From Candidatus Latescibacterota bacterium (GTDB taxonomy: Bacteria > Latescibacterota > UBA2968 > GCA-2709665), in NCBI GenBank assembly GCA_965237675.1, contig OZ250150.1, positions 32,001-96,000 of the forward strand: DNA of 64,000 nucleotides, in the 5' to 3' direction. The notes under the pieces were generated by a model. It saw only the letters and a program-made list of their open reading frames with translations. It searched no databases and was not told where the DNA came from. A program made the position numbers and the translations under genes. Below, piece after piece: positions 8,852 through 18,974 of the stretch. Position 1 is the stretch's first letter. Each line of letters starts with the position of its first letter.

Positions 8852-10096
8852 TCATACGGCCTCGCTGATCTTGTTCAGCGCCCTGAAGAATTCGTCAAAT
8901 ACCTCCACGATGGATGCTGCAATCTCGTGCTCTTTACCCACTTCCCACTTATCCGGCGTCAACCGGGCGAACGCCTTTGTGCCCTCGATCTCCGCCGGGG
9001 ACAGCGGATCTCCCTTCAGTTCTTCCAGGATCGTCACAGGATCCTCAACCGTCTCACCGGTCTTGATCTTCCAGAACGTGCGGAAGGGCATTCGGAAGAA
9101 GCTGTTGCCGATCCGACCCAGTTCGTTCTGAATCAGCCAGGTGGTATCGAAATGGGCAGGCGCGTGACCGTAGAAGTGGAGGCGGCCCTTCATCAGGCGT
9201 GAGAACTTGGCATTGTCGAAAATCACCAGCGCCGGGTCCACCGGCACTTCCTGAAGCGCGGCTTTCCAGGCACCCATATCGGTCCCGGCAGCCTCGGGGA
9301 TCAGCGTCACCGCATCCCTCAACCGTTCCAATATCACCCCCAGCGCTTCCTCAAGCACATCCTCCAGCTGCGACAGGCGGGGCTCTTCGTACCACATCGG
9401 AATCTCGTAATGCGCGTGCAGAATCTCTCTGATCCGATCCCAGCAACGCAACCCGGGGAAATGCCGCTCGGCGATCTCGTAGGCATCCAGCTTCCCGCAG
9501 ATATTCCGCTTTTCCAGTATGCAGACGGCCGAGTGAACCGGCGGATTGAAATAATGCATAACACGGCTGTGAAGGGCGTACTTGTTTTCGTGAACCCCCA
9601 GGTTGATCGCGGGATCGATCGTCCGGTTGTAGCGCCCGTAATACAGGCAGAACTTTTTCAGATGAAAGTACTCGTCCTTTTCATCCCACGGCCTCCGGGC
9701 GAGGCGGTCCAGGGCCGCGCCGAGACTTTTGTGGTCTTCGGTGAGATAGTACGTCCACTGGTTGTATTCCGGATAGTAGTTCCGCTCCGACATCAGTTCC
9801 GACCAGGTCAGATTTACCCCCGGAAGGTGCTCGAAGTTCCGCGCCCAGCATGGGTATTGCTCACAGAGACTCAGGTGCGTCTCCCCCATCAACGTGGACA
9901 ATTGGCACCAGTCGTCCACCGTCATACTGTCGTTTACGATGAAGCGGGTGTCGAAATCGCTCATACCCGGCAGCAGGTCCCGGAACATCCACTTGCCCGC
10001 GATCGCCTCGATCTTGTCGCAGTGGTAACGGCACGCTTCGTAGTACGTCCGGATATAATCCGCAAAGTCATTCTCCGGCCTGGGTGCGAACTTCAT
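8852..10096 (-). CDS. Hypothetical protein with Pol-beta-type nucleotidyltransferase-like N-terminus
   Basis: GAGGAGG RBS before ATG 10096; AGKWMFRDLLPGMSDFDTRFIV resembles hG[SG]...SDhD; remainder helical. Confidence 0.5.
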   Translation of the reverse strand: MKFAPRPENDFADYIRTYYEACRYHCDKIEAIAGKWMFRDLLPGMSDFDTRFIVNDSMTVDDWCQLSTLMGETHLSLCEQYPCWARNFEHLPGVNLTWSELMSERNYYPEYNQWTYYLTEDHKSLGAALDRLARRPWDEKDEYFHLKKFCLYYGRYNRTIDPAINLGVHENKYALHSRVMHYFNPPVHSAVCILEKRNICGKLDAYEIAERHFPGLRCWDRIREILHAHYEIPMWYEEPRLSQLEDVLEEALGVILERLRDAVTLIPEAAGTDMGAWKAALQEVPVDPALVIFDNAKFSRLMKGRLHFYGHAPAHFDTTWLIQNELGRIGNSFFRMPFRTFWKIKTGETVEDPVTILEELKGDPLSPAEIEGTKAFARLTPDKWEVGKEHEIAASIVEVFDEFFRALNKISEAV

Positions 10097-10113
10097 CGCT
10101 CCTCCTCTTACTT

Positions 10114-11181
10114 TCAATCGGCATAGTAGTTCAGTACCGCTCCGGGCACGTTCCGATTGAGTACGCCGCAGGAAAACAGATATTGACTCAAATACTGCGC
10201 GGGAACACCGAAATACGCCTTCTCCCCGGTACTCAGGCTTTCCCGTTCTCTGAACCCGCCCGCCTGCTCGTCGAACATACCCGCCGTCCAGTCCAGGTGG
10301 GCTTGAAACTCGGATGTGTCCACGTACTCCCGGGACCCGTTGTAGTGGTCATACACGGCCATAATCCCCGCCATGGAGGTTCGCGCACGGACATCGGCGT
10401 ACCGATGTCCGTTCTCGGTATAGTAGGCCTCGATCGCCTTGAAATACCTCCGGTTGCCCTCGATGGAAGATTGTATCCGATCCGCGTACCGGGTTCCGCA
10501 GGTCTCAAAGAGCACCCACATCATATCCAGATCCAGCGTTGGATGGGGAACCGTCTGCAGATCGACCCCCTTGCTCACCTCGAAGCCCGCCTTCCAGAAT
10601 CCCCCCTCGGCATTCCAGATCTGCCCGCCCACCACGTACTCCGTCGCGGGGCCGACAAGGGCCCTTGCGTCCGCCCGCTCTTCGCCCCAGAGGTGGAGTG
10701 CATAGAGCGGATACGGATCGTGCCCGCTCAGTTTGGATGCGTTCGACTCGTCCCGAAACCCGCTTTGGGGGGTGAACACACCAACCATATAGTCCAGGCA
10801 CCGCTCCGCCATCGCCCGATGCGCCCGCCCATCCGCCAGTTCGCCAAAGATCTTCACCACCGCGGCCACGACGCCGGTCGCAAAGACAAACCTGCTGTCT
10901 CCCATGCAAAGGAGCGGCAACGCGCCATCCGGCAACTGGCACCGCCCGAACAGAGCGAGGCGTCGATCCAGGCACCCGAGGTATCGCTTGAACAACGTCG
11001 GATTCTTCCTGGCTATAAAGGCGGCCTGAAGAACCGTGAACATCCCCTTTGCGTCGTAAATCTCATTGTAGCCCGCCCGCGAGCCGGGGGGCCGGAAGTC
11101 TCCCCGCGCCGCCTGGTGCGCAACCAGGAAATCCGCCGCCGCCATGATCAGTCGGTGATATTTAAACGCGGCAAATCGCAC
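10114..11181 (-). CDS. Hypothetical protein, probable (alpha/alpha)-barrel
   Basis: 355 aa in the operon; helices punctuated by QLPDGAL, QSGFRD, EGGFW, AGGFRE repeats. Confidence 0.5.
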   Translation of the reverse strand: MRFAAFKYHRLIMAAADFLVAHQAARGDFRPPGSRAGYNEIYDAKGMFTVLQAAFIARKNPTLFKRYLGCLDRRLALFGRCQLPDGALPLLCMGDSRFVFATGVVAAVVKIFGELADGRAHRAMAERCLDYMVGVFTPQSGFRDESNASKLSGHDPYPLYALHLWGEERADARALVGPATEYVVGGQIWNAEGGFWKAGFEVSKGVDLQTVPHPTLDLDMMWVLFETCGTRYADRIQSSIEGNRRYFKAIEAYYTENGHRYADVRARTSMAGIMAVYDHYNGSREYVDTSEFQAHLDWTAGMFDEQAGGFRERESLSTGEKAYFGVPAQYLSQYLFSCGVLNRNVPGAVLNYYAD

Positions 11182-11202
11182 TTCACACGCCCACGTGCCA
11201 AG

Positions 11203-11246
11203 TCCCTTAGCCGGGGCCCACCTCGCGTGTGGCCCCGGCTAAGGGA
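11203..11246. repeat. Perfect 16-bp intra-operon inverted repeat
   Basis: tcccttagccggggcc (11203-11218) / ggccccggctaaggga (11231-11246); no U-tract. Confidence 0.7.
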
Positions 11247-11250
11247 GGTT

Positions 11251-13065
11251 TCAGGCCAGCATTGCCAGTTCCGCTTCCTGGTGACGAGCCAGGGATATCA
11301 CAACCGCCGAACACCGGCGCCCCTCGACTTCAAGCGTCGTCAGGGACTGCTCGCGGCCGTCCAGAAGCACGCGCGTGACCTCCCCGGGACCCTCGGCAAT
11401 CATCGTCAACCCTTCGATCGGCTCAACGGCCCTGAGCCTGGCAACCGTCCGTTCCGGGCCGGAACTCAGAAGTTTAACCTGCAACGCGTCTCGCGCCTGT
11501 ACGAAGCGGGACCAGTCCTGAAGGCTGCCTGTTTCGATGCCCATCGCCGCCAGCGATGCGTACACGATATTGGCCGCCTCGAATGTGCGGCGCGGATCGC
11601 CCTTGGGCCGGATCAGATAACACGGGTGGAACGTCCCGATATGAGGCACGTGCCAGCGATCGCGGGACTCCACGACCCACCGTACCGCCGCCTCCGCGTA
11701 CTCCACCTGGCTGAGCCCCAGCGTGCCGACGCCAGGCTCGGTAATGCTCTGCGAATCGTCGAACGTGCAGGGCTGTAGAAACAGGTCCAGCAGCCCCGCC
11801 TCCGGGTCGAAATAACGCATGGGCATGGCCGATGCAAGCGAAAACGGCCCGAAGTCGTACCGGTTCATCCGCGGATCGTGCCCGCAGAAATGGAACGGCA
11901 TCCGCCAGCCGTGGTCCACCAGAATCGACGCGGTCCGGGCGCCCGTCCACTGGCAACCGTGGATCACGATGTCGGTCACCGCGAGTCCCACTTCGTCGGT
12001 AAACCGCCTCGCCTGGGCTTCCATCTCCTCGCGGATGCGTTCGTGCGCCCCGTCGTCCAGTTCTTTCAGCCGGCGGTTGTAGGTGAGCGGGAAGATATCC
12101 ACTTCGATCGACATGAAATGGCCCCGCTCCTGCCACTCGCGGATCAGTTTCCCCTCGTACCGGCTCACCGGCGCTCGAAAGAAATTGTGCTTGTGCCCGT
12201 ACTGCTCCGCCAGTTCCATTCCCACCGGAGCGCCCTCCTCCCCGCACCCGTCCGACTTGAAAAACACCGCCACGCGCCGGGCCTCGGGCATGTGCCAGAC
12301 GCGCGGTACAATCCCGCCGTCGTGCAGGTGCAGCAGCAACTCCCGAAACAGATCCTGGTGAATGTCGGCCAACGGGTGTTGCCGCGAATGCCGCTCGGCG
12401 ATCCCGATCAACCCGAAGATATGCCTCGGACCTCGCAGCGGCAGCATCTGCACCTGCTGCTCCAGCGCCCATGTGCCGTGCCTCAGCCGCAGGACCGCAC
12501 CCACGACGTCGTAGGCCAACACACACGCCCTGCCCCGATTTATGCGCATTCGGACAATGGCAGGGCCGCAGCGCTTGCCCAGAGCGTCGATCAGGGCGGC
12601 CAGTTCCTCACCATTGCACACGATAGCGCGCCCGGTGTCCTGCGGACAGTAAAGAGGCTCCGGCGGTTGCGTCAGTCCGGAGGCCGGATGAACGACAATC
12701 CGTCCGTCCGTAACCACCTCGGGCTCATCTTCGGGAGGCCCGCTCGCCGCCGCCTTGTTTGGATCCACTTTTTGGGTCGACTCAACAACCCGACGCTCCG
12801 CCCCCAGCCTGGCCGCCAGGTCCCCGCCCGGCATCACCGCAAGCAACCGCCCGCCGTCTCGCAGGTAGTCGATAAGGATTCCGGCCGCGCGTCTTCCAAA
12901 CGCCCCCCGAAGCGTCAGCACCACGGCCGCATCCTTCAGGCGAGAGGGTGTCACCTCGTTCTGTGTGAGGACCTCGAAATGAAACAGACCTTCAGCCTTG
13001 AGGATCTCCGGCGCGAAATCGTGCTCGAGGTTGTCATCCGGCTTGACGACAAGGATCGATTTCAT
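11251..13065 (-). CDS. Hypothetical protein: GATase-like domain plus deacetylase-like domain
   Basis: 604 aa; YLRDGGRLL, FFKSDG, IHGCQW, TFHP; architecture parallels 1806..3542. Confidence 0.5.
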   Translation of the reverse strand: MKSILVVKPDDNLEHDFAPEILKAEGLFHFEVLTQNEVTPSRLKDAAVVLTLRGAFGRRAAGILIDYLRDGGRLLAVMPGGDLAARLGAERRVVESTQKVDPNKAAASGPPEDEPEVVTDGRIVVHPASGLTQPPEPLYCPQDTGRAIVCNGEELAALIDALGKRCGPAIVRMRINRGRACVLAYDVVGAVLRLRHGTWALEQQVQMLPLRGPRHIFGLIGIAERHSRQHPLADIHQDLFRELLLHLHDGGIVPRVWHMPEARRVAVFFKSDGCGEEGAPVGMELAEQYGHKHNFFRAPVSRYEGKLIREWQERGHFMSIEVDIFPLTYNRRLKELDDGAHERIREEMEAQARRFTDEVGLAVTDIVIHGCQWTGARTASILVDHGWRMPFHFCGHDPRMNRYDFGPFSLASAMPMRYFDPEAGLLDLFLQPCTFDDSQSITEPGVGTLGLSQVEYAEAAVRWVVESRDRWHVPHIGTFHPCYLIRPKGDPRRTFEAANIVYASLAAMGIETGSLQDWSRFVQARDALQVKLLSSGPERTVARLRAVEPIEGLTMIAEGPGEVTRVLLDGREQSLTTLEVEGRRCSAVVISLARHQEAELAMLA

Positions 13066-13186
13066 GGGCTCTTTCCGGTACGTGGAGGCGAAACGGATAT
13101 CGGTTCAGTTCCTGGCAGATTGGAAGTGTCTTCGATTCTTCCCGATCCGACTCGAACAAGACTTAGGAATAAGACAAATAGCGTCC

Positions 13187-14182
13187 TCAAGCCAGCGCAA
13201 CCTCCCGATTCTCCGCCGCGGATTGGTAGATCGCATCCAGAAGCGCATTGGTCTTCGCCGCCTCGGCAAGTGGGCAGACCGGCTGGCGGCCCTCACGTAC
13301 CGCCGCAACGAAATCCTGGACGACGGGCCCGTGTACGTTGTCGGCGGGCGTCAGATCCAGCGTATCGACCTGCCGGCCAACCGTTTTGACCACCTCCCCG
13401 GAATCGTAAGGATGCCAGTATACCTTGGCCTCGGTCCCCACAATCTCAAACTCGTGCCGCCAGGTTTTCGAACTCCAGCTGAACGACGCGGTGACCAACG
13501 CCCCGTCCTCCAGCTTCATTACAATGCTGGCACAGTCCTCCACATCCCACTTCTGCACCAGGTTTTCGCACCTGGCGTACACCGACACCGGCATTCCCAG
13601 CAGCCCGATCATCACGTCGAACATGTGCGTGCCCATATCACTGATGGGGCCGCCTCCGGACCTCTCCCGGAAAACCCGCCAGCGTTTCGGATCATCCGCC
13701 GCAGGGCTGAACCAGGAGAAATAGACCATGCGCACAAGGACGATCTGGCCGAATTCGCCATTCCCAATCATTTCCTGAGCCTGGAGATAGGCGGGAAAAA
13801 GCCGCCGGAAATAGGAACATCCGGCCAGCCTGTCGCTTCGCCGGGCGGCGGTTATGGCGCGCGTACATTCCTGGCCGGTCACGCCCAGGGGCTTTTCCAC
13901 CAGAACATGCTTATCCGCTTCCAGGGCCTGGACCGCATGTTGCACGTGCAACCACACGGGCGTTGCGACGTACACTGCATTCGCGGACGTTTTCTCCAGT
14001 GCCTCATCCAGATCGGAGAAAACCTCGGTCAGGTGGTATTCAGTCGCCAGCGCCCGTGCATTCTCCTCGACCATGTCGCAGACCGCCACCAATTCCGAAT
14101 CCGTGGCGCCTGCCAGGGCCGCGGCCACCCGCTTTCGGGCGATATCACCGGCGCCGACAAGGAGCCATTTCACGTTTTCCAT
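13187..14182 (-). CDS. Gfo/Idh/MocA oxidoreductase
   Basis: VGAGDIA, ATPVWLH, HVLVEKP, GGGPISDMGTH. Confidence 0.92.
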   Translation of the reverse strand: MENVKWLLVGAGDIARKRVAAALAGATDSELVAVCDMVEENARALATEYHLTEVFSDLDEALEKTSANAVYVATPVWLHVQHAVQALEADKHVLVEKPLGVTGQECTRAITAARRSDRLAGCSYFRRLFPAYLQAQEMIGNGEFGQIVLVRMVYFSWFSPAADDPKRWRVFRERSGGGPISDMGTHMFDVMIGLLGMPVSVYARCENLVQKWDVEDCASIVMKLEDGALVTASFSWSSKTWRHEFEIVGTEAKVYWHPYDSGEVVKTVGRQVDTLDLTPADNVHGPVVQDFVAAVREGRQPVCPLAEAAKTNALLDAIYQSAAENREVALA

Positions 14183-14270
14183 TTTCCCTCCTGAGCGTCA
14201 ATTCAAGGCGCCCCGGAAATCCCCTTACCGCCACGCGGGCCCCCCGTTGCGTTCTGTTTGGATCTTCCCG

Positions 14271-15449
14271 CTAGCGCAGTTCCGATATTGTCTGCTTGAT
14301 CGCCCATGCGATATAGGCCAGATCCTCTTCGGTCGTCCCCGGGAACACCGGCGTACTCACGACCTGTTCGCATGCCCTGGCGGCGATCGGACAGCCTTCA
14401 CCGTTATACCCCAGTTCCTGAAGGGCATCCCAGGACCACAGAGGCGGGTAGTGCTTTGCCGTGGCCACCCGGTATCGATCCTTCAGGTGAGCGACGAACG
14501 CTCCCGTGGCGAACCCCACCGCATCGGTGTCCAGCCGAATTACGTGCAGGTGGCTCCCGTGATCGGGGCCGTGACCGGCGGGGAGGATGACCTCTTCCAC
14601 GTCGGCCAGCAGCGTATTGAGCCTGAGCATCCGTTTCCGTCGATCCTGAATCACGCGGTCTATTTTGGCCAACTGCGTGAGTCCAACCGCATATTGGGGT
14701 TTGGTCATCCTGTAGTTGAACCCAACCCGCACCACCCGTGTCCCCTTTCCTCCATATACGTATCCGAATGTCTTCAACTGCCGGACCTGCTCCGCGAATT
14801 CCTCGTCATCCGTTGTCACGGCACCCCCCTCGCCGAGACACGTCATGTTCTTGTTGCTCTGAAAACTGTAACACGAGGCCTTTCCCCGGCCGCCAACCGG
14901 GTTGCCCCGGTACCTGGTGCCCACGGCATGCGCCGCATCGTAAATCACCGGCACGCCCGTTTCCACCGAAATCCGGTCGAATGCGTCCACGTCGCACGCA
15001 AGACCTGCGAAGTGCACCGGAATGATCGCACGGGTGCGCTCCGTGATTTTTTCTCTTGCCTTCTGTGGGTCCAGATTCAGACTCACCGGATCGATATCGG
15101 CAAGAACGACCCTGGCGCCCCTGGCAATCGCGGTCCCGGCCGTACAGACAAAGGTGAGAGGGGTCGTGATCACCTCGTCGCCCTCACCGATGCCCAGCCC
15201 CATCATGCAGCAGTCCAGCCCCGTACCGCAGGAATTGACGGCAATCGCTTTTCGGGCGCCCTCGTGCGCGGCGAACGCATTCTGAAAATCGTTCTCTTCG
15301 GGAAGCGGGAAAAACGTCCCGTCCTCCTCAGCGATATCCGCGAGAAGCCGGTTGACCGCCTCGACGTCGTCCTGCTCGTAAACCCCTCCCATCGACCCGA
15401 AGGGCACCTCTCGAATTTCCATAGATTCGGGCGCAGGAACCCCCTGCAA
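14271..15449 (-). CDS. DegT/DnrJ/EryC1/StrS PLP-dependent sugar aminotransferase
   Basis: AVNSCG, GDEVITTPLTF, IIPVHFAG, YDAAHA, SFQSNKNMTCLGEGG, GFNYRM; start is TTG 15449 or ATG 15422. Confidence 0.92.
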   Translation of the reverse strand: MQGVPAPESMEIREVPFGSMGGVYEQDDVEAVNRLLADIAEEDGTFFPLPEENDFQNAFAAHEGARKAIAVNSCGTGLDCCMMGLGIGEGDEVITTPLTFVCTAGTAIARGARVVLADIDPVSLNLDPQKAREKITERTRAIIPVHFAGLACDVDAFDRISVETGVPVIYDAAHAVGTRYRGNPVGGRGKASCYSFQSNKNMTCLGEGGAVTTDDEEFAEQVRQLKTFGYVYGGKGTRVVRVGFNYRMTKPQYAVGLTQLAKIDRVIQDRRKRMLRLNTLLADVEEVILPAGHGPDHGSHLHVIRLDTDAVGFATGAFVAHLKDRYRVATAKHYPPLWSWDALQELGYNGEGCPIAARACEQVVSTPVFPGTTEEDLAYIAWAIKQTISELR

Positions 15450-15618
15450 GCGGAAGAATAATGCGCCCTACCTCCTTTCTGAATCGTCAAAATCGCACAG
15501 ATTTCCCCGTGCTTCAGCGGCGACAATCCGCGTTCTTCAAGTTAATATCCGGTCACCTCGTGTCAAGCGCAAAGACGCCTGACGACCGCTTCAGAAAGGG
15601 GCACATCTATCACGACAA

Positions 15619-17598
15619 TCAATACCACTTGTGGACGACGTGCCCCCGATTCGGAAACCAGATCGCGTCCACCAGCATCCCCGCCATCACGGCGATGATG
15701 TACCCGACCAGCATGCCCAGGAAAAAGGGCATCGACCGCCGGTAGAACGCCACCCCGCCTGCCCTGAGCATGATCAGCTTCGCCAGCCACGCCACGAGGA
15801 GCGTGGATCCCATGCGCCGCGCCGCCGGGAGGCCGGACAGCGCAAACCCGATCGGGTGAACCGGCCACCTGGCGAACCGGTAGCGCATCAGATTCACAAT
15901 GACCATCGTTCCGGCGCCGATCAGCAGAAACCAGTAGTCAATCGCCTCCATGCTCGCCGGGTTCAGTATCTCGTTTACGGTCATCCCGTACTGCCATTCG
16001 CCTTCGTAGATAATCAGCCAGTTGGGTTGAAAATTGTACGCGCCCATATTGTATCCCAACCAGATCGTGTACAGCGTGGAACTGACCACCCCGACTACAA
16101 ACGCCGCAAACACCCCCCAGAAAAGACGGTGTTTGTCCCTTCCGACAAAATCGCCCAGGCGATTGATCTGCGCGACCAGCGGCATGATAAAGCTCCTCGG
16201 GTGGCTGATTGTGAATGACAGCAGGCCGAAGGTTGCGCGCGTGGAGGCATTCAGGGTCTTTGCGCCACCCACCAGCGCACCCGAAAGTTCCCAGGCGGAA
16301 GCGGGCGGCTGGATATAGATGATTCCCGAATCGGCCACAACCTTGGCCACGAAGAGATAGGCAATGAACATAGTGGGAATCAGCAGCGCGACCATCCGGG
16401 GCTCCACCCCCACCCGCCCGAGAAATGCCGCGATGTATACGCAACTGGCCAGAAGGCCGATCAGCGCGGCGCGGTAGGAGAGCAACTCCCGCCCTTCGTC
16501 CACGGAGGACCGATCCGGGTGAAGCGCCTTTTGCAGGACCTGTTGAAGGTGCCGCCGGGAGATCCAGAGCCACCAGAGGACAAGAGATACGAAGGCTCCG
16601 GCCGTCTGCCACTTGTAGGTCGTTGTGGTATAGGGGCCGGCGCCGTAGTGGGGGGACGTGGCGGAGATCCCGATGCGATTCAACGCGCCCGCTTCGATCA
16701 TGTACACGAAATCGAAGAACCAGATGCTGAAGAGCACATCGAGGCTGGCGAAATAGGAAAAGCAGATGACTGGCGTGCTCAGAAAGATGAAAAAGGGCGG
16801 ATATTCCTTGGGAAGGAGATCCCAGATAAAGCGTCCGGTTGCCGTGGGAAAGCTGGGGACCATCGGGTAGAACCAGGCGATCATATTCCACCAGAAGACA
16901 ATTGACGTCAACGCGAATCCCGCCCAGAACACCTTGCCCTTCATAAACTCCGGCAGCCACCTCCTCCCGGTCCCCGCCCGCGATGTCATTTCCAGAACCG
17001 GAGCCAGCGCCGGATACACCAGTTTTTCATGGTCGGCCCACTGGCGGTGCAGGAGAACCGAGATACAGATACACGCGAAGCCCAGAACAAAAACAAAAGA
17101 GAGCCACCAGATCAGCGGAAGGCCCCAGACATCCCATGGGACGGATGTCCGACCCGGCAGCCCCTCGTAGAACCAGGACATTGCCCCGTTATCGTTCGTG
17201 GGGATCAGCCACCCTGGCAGGTGCGGATGGAGATACTCCGCCCAACGGTTCTCCGGCGTCGCGAAATAATACGGGGACGCCATCATACCCACCAGGTACC
17301 CGCTGACCCCGTAATTGGGCCCGATGGCGCTGATGACCCCCATGCTGAAAACCGTGATCCATTCCGATGGCGCCAATACGAAGGCAGCCCCGAACCTCCG
17401 GGCAAGCGCAGCACAGGCCAGAATCGATACCAGGCACAGCAGCAGCACGCCCATGGGAATCTGGGCGATCATCATGTACGACCCTTTCTGGATGTAGCGG
17501 GCCGTACAGGCCAGCAGGCTCATGGCCATCGCGATACACAATCCGATCACGATCGACCGAAGCGTCACCCGCGCTTCTGCCTGTGTCTTGTCGCTCAC
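15619..17598 (-). CDS. DUF6785/DUF6784 polytopic membrane protein (putative transporter), copy 1
   Basis: Many hydrophobic segments; PYYFATPENRW, RQWADHEKLVYP, WPVHPIGF, PFFLGMLVG motifs. Confidence 0.75.
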   Translation of the reverse strand: MSDKTQAEARVTLRSIVIGLCIAMAMSLLACTARYIQKGSYMMIAQIPMGVLLLCLVSILACAALARRFGAAFVLAPSEWITVFSMGVISAIGPNYGVSGYLVGMMASPYYFATPENRWAEYLHPHLPGWLIPTNDNGAMSWFYEGLPGRTSVPWDVWGLPLIWWLSFVFVLGFACICISVLLHRQWADHEKLVYPALAPVLEMTSRAGTGRRWLPEFMKGKVFWAGFALTSIVFWWNMIAWFYPMVPSFPTATGRFIWDLLPKEYPPFFIFLSTPVICFSYFASLDVLFSIWFFDFVYMIEAGALNRIGISATSPHYGAGPYTTTTYKWQTAGAFVSLVLWWLWISRRHLQQVLQKALHPDRSSVDEGRELLSYRAALIGLLASCVYIAAFLGRVGVEPRMVALLIPTMFIAYLFVAKVVADSGIIYIQPPASAWELSGALVGGAKTLNASTRATFGLLSFTISHPRSFIMPLVAQINRLGDFVGRDKHRLFWGVFAAFVVGVVSSTLYTIWLGYNMGAYNFQPNWLIIYEGEWQYGMTVNEILNPASMEAIDYWFLLIGAGTMVIVNLMRYRFARWPVHPIGFALSGLPAARRMGSTLLVAWLAKLIMLRAGGVAFYRRSMPFFLGMLVGYIIAVMAGMLVDAIWFPNRGHVVHKWY

Positions 17599-17642
17599 GA
17601 TTCACCACTCACAAACGTCCTTCGCGGGCTGTCCGGGCCCTA

Positions 17643-18974
17643 TCAGTCAGCAGACACGGACGCGAACGGATTGATCCAGACAACGGCCCGGGTCCCCCAG
17701 TCGGTGGACATCACATCGTCGTAACCGTCACCGTCGAGGTCCGCCACACGGACGATATTCGGCCAGTTGAGGCCCGCGCCGTCACCGAGGCGGGTCGCCT
17801 CCCACAGGGTTCCGTCTCCCCTTACGTTCCGGAAGACGTAGACCCCCTCCCCACCGTCGGAAGGCGCCACGATATCCAACCGCCCGTCCCGGTCCACGTC
17901 GCCGATGTCGAAGGAATAGGCGTGCCCCAGACCACCCGCGATTTCATGAAATTTCCATTCCCTCCCGGGCCCCAGCCGTTCTCGCCAGGCCAAATACCCG
18001 TTTCTCAGACTGGTCTCGACACAATCGAGGTCGCCATCCGCGTCCAGGTCCGCGAATCGCACGTGGACCTGGGAAACGGGTTTGTCGGAATAGCGGGCGA
18101 CCCATAGACGTACCGAATCGGGCGATTCCACGCGGATGGAATCGCGCTTCCATTCAGTCCCCTTGCCATCGGCATTGATCAGCAGGAACGGCCTGGACGC
18201 ATGCTCGGAGGCGCACACGAGATCCATATCTCCGTCCCGGTCCACGTCCCCTGCGTCCACGCCGATCAGGGGAGGCAGATCGACGCGAATCTGCACTTCC
18301 TCCCACGAAGGCGATGCGTGGGCTTTTTGCCGAAACCACCCCACTTTGTCGCCTGATTCCGATATAGAGGTGACCACGATATCGTCGAGATTGTCTCCGT
18401 CGATATCCGCAACGACGGCCCTTACCGGAAGCTCCAGCACTTTCGACCGGAGGATGTGCTTTTCCCATTTTCCGTCGGAAGTCTCGTAAAGAACCGTCTC
18501 GCCCGACAGATAGCAGGGGACCACAACGGCCGTTCTGCCACTGGCGGTGCGACGGAGAACAACGGCGTCCTTCGGCGTGACCTGCCGGTCGTCCAGCAGA
18601 TGGGTACGAAAGACCAGTCCTGCGTCCGGCCCTGCGGCTACGTTCTCCAGCCAGTAGACCATGCCGTATTCCCCATCCTCACCCACGATCTTTTCCCCGC
18701 CCGACTGAAAGACGACCACGAGGTCCAGGTCGGCATCCCCGTCGAAATCGGCCGCGTGGATTCCGTAGGAATTGGTCCCGGAAAGCGTTCCGCTTTCGGC
18801 CTCTCGAAGGTCGATAACCCGCCACCTCGCGGCCGCATCGGCGTCCAATCCCCGGATGTTGGGACTGAGTGCCAATATTTCTGCAGGAACCTGGGCGGCG
18901 GCGGGTTTGGCGGCGGCGAAGGCAAGGGCCGCGACCATTCCCACGAAAAATGCCCGGAAATCGAAGTACGACAT
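17643..18974 (-). CDS. Secreted FG-GAP/VCBS repeat beta-propeller protein
   Basis: Signal peptide (AAA-Q); repeated ADFDGDADLD, ADIDGDNLDD, GDVDRDGDMD, ADLDGDGYDD. Confidence 0.85.
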   Translation of the reverse strand: MSYFDFRAFFVGMVAALAFAAAKPAAAQVPAEILALSPNIRGLDADAAARWRVIDLREAESGTLSGTNSYGIHAADFDGDADLDLVVVFQSGGEKIVGEDGEYGMVYWLENVAAGPDAGLVFRTHLLDDRQVTPKDAVVLRRTASGRTAVVVPCYLSGETVLYETSDGKWEKHILRSKVLELPVRAVVADIDGDNLDDIVVTSISESGDKVGWFRQKAHASPSWEEVQIRVDLPPLIGVDAGDVDRDGDMDLVCASEHASRPFLLINADGKGTEWKRDSIRVESPDSVRLWVARYSDKPVSQVHVRFADLDADGDLDCVETSLRNGYLAWRERLGPGREWKFHEIAGGLGHAYSFDIGDVDRDGRLDIVAPSDGGEGVYVFRNVRGDGTLWEATRLGDGAGLNWPNIVRVADLDGDGYDDVMSTDWGTRAVVWINPFASVSAD

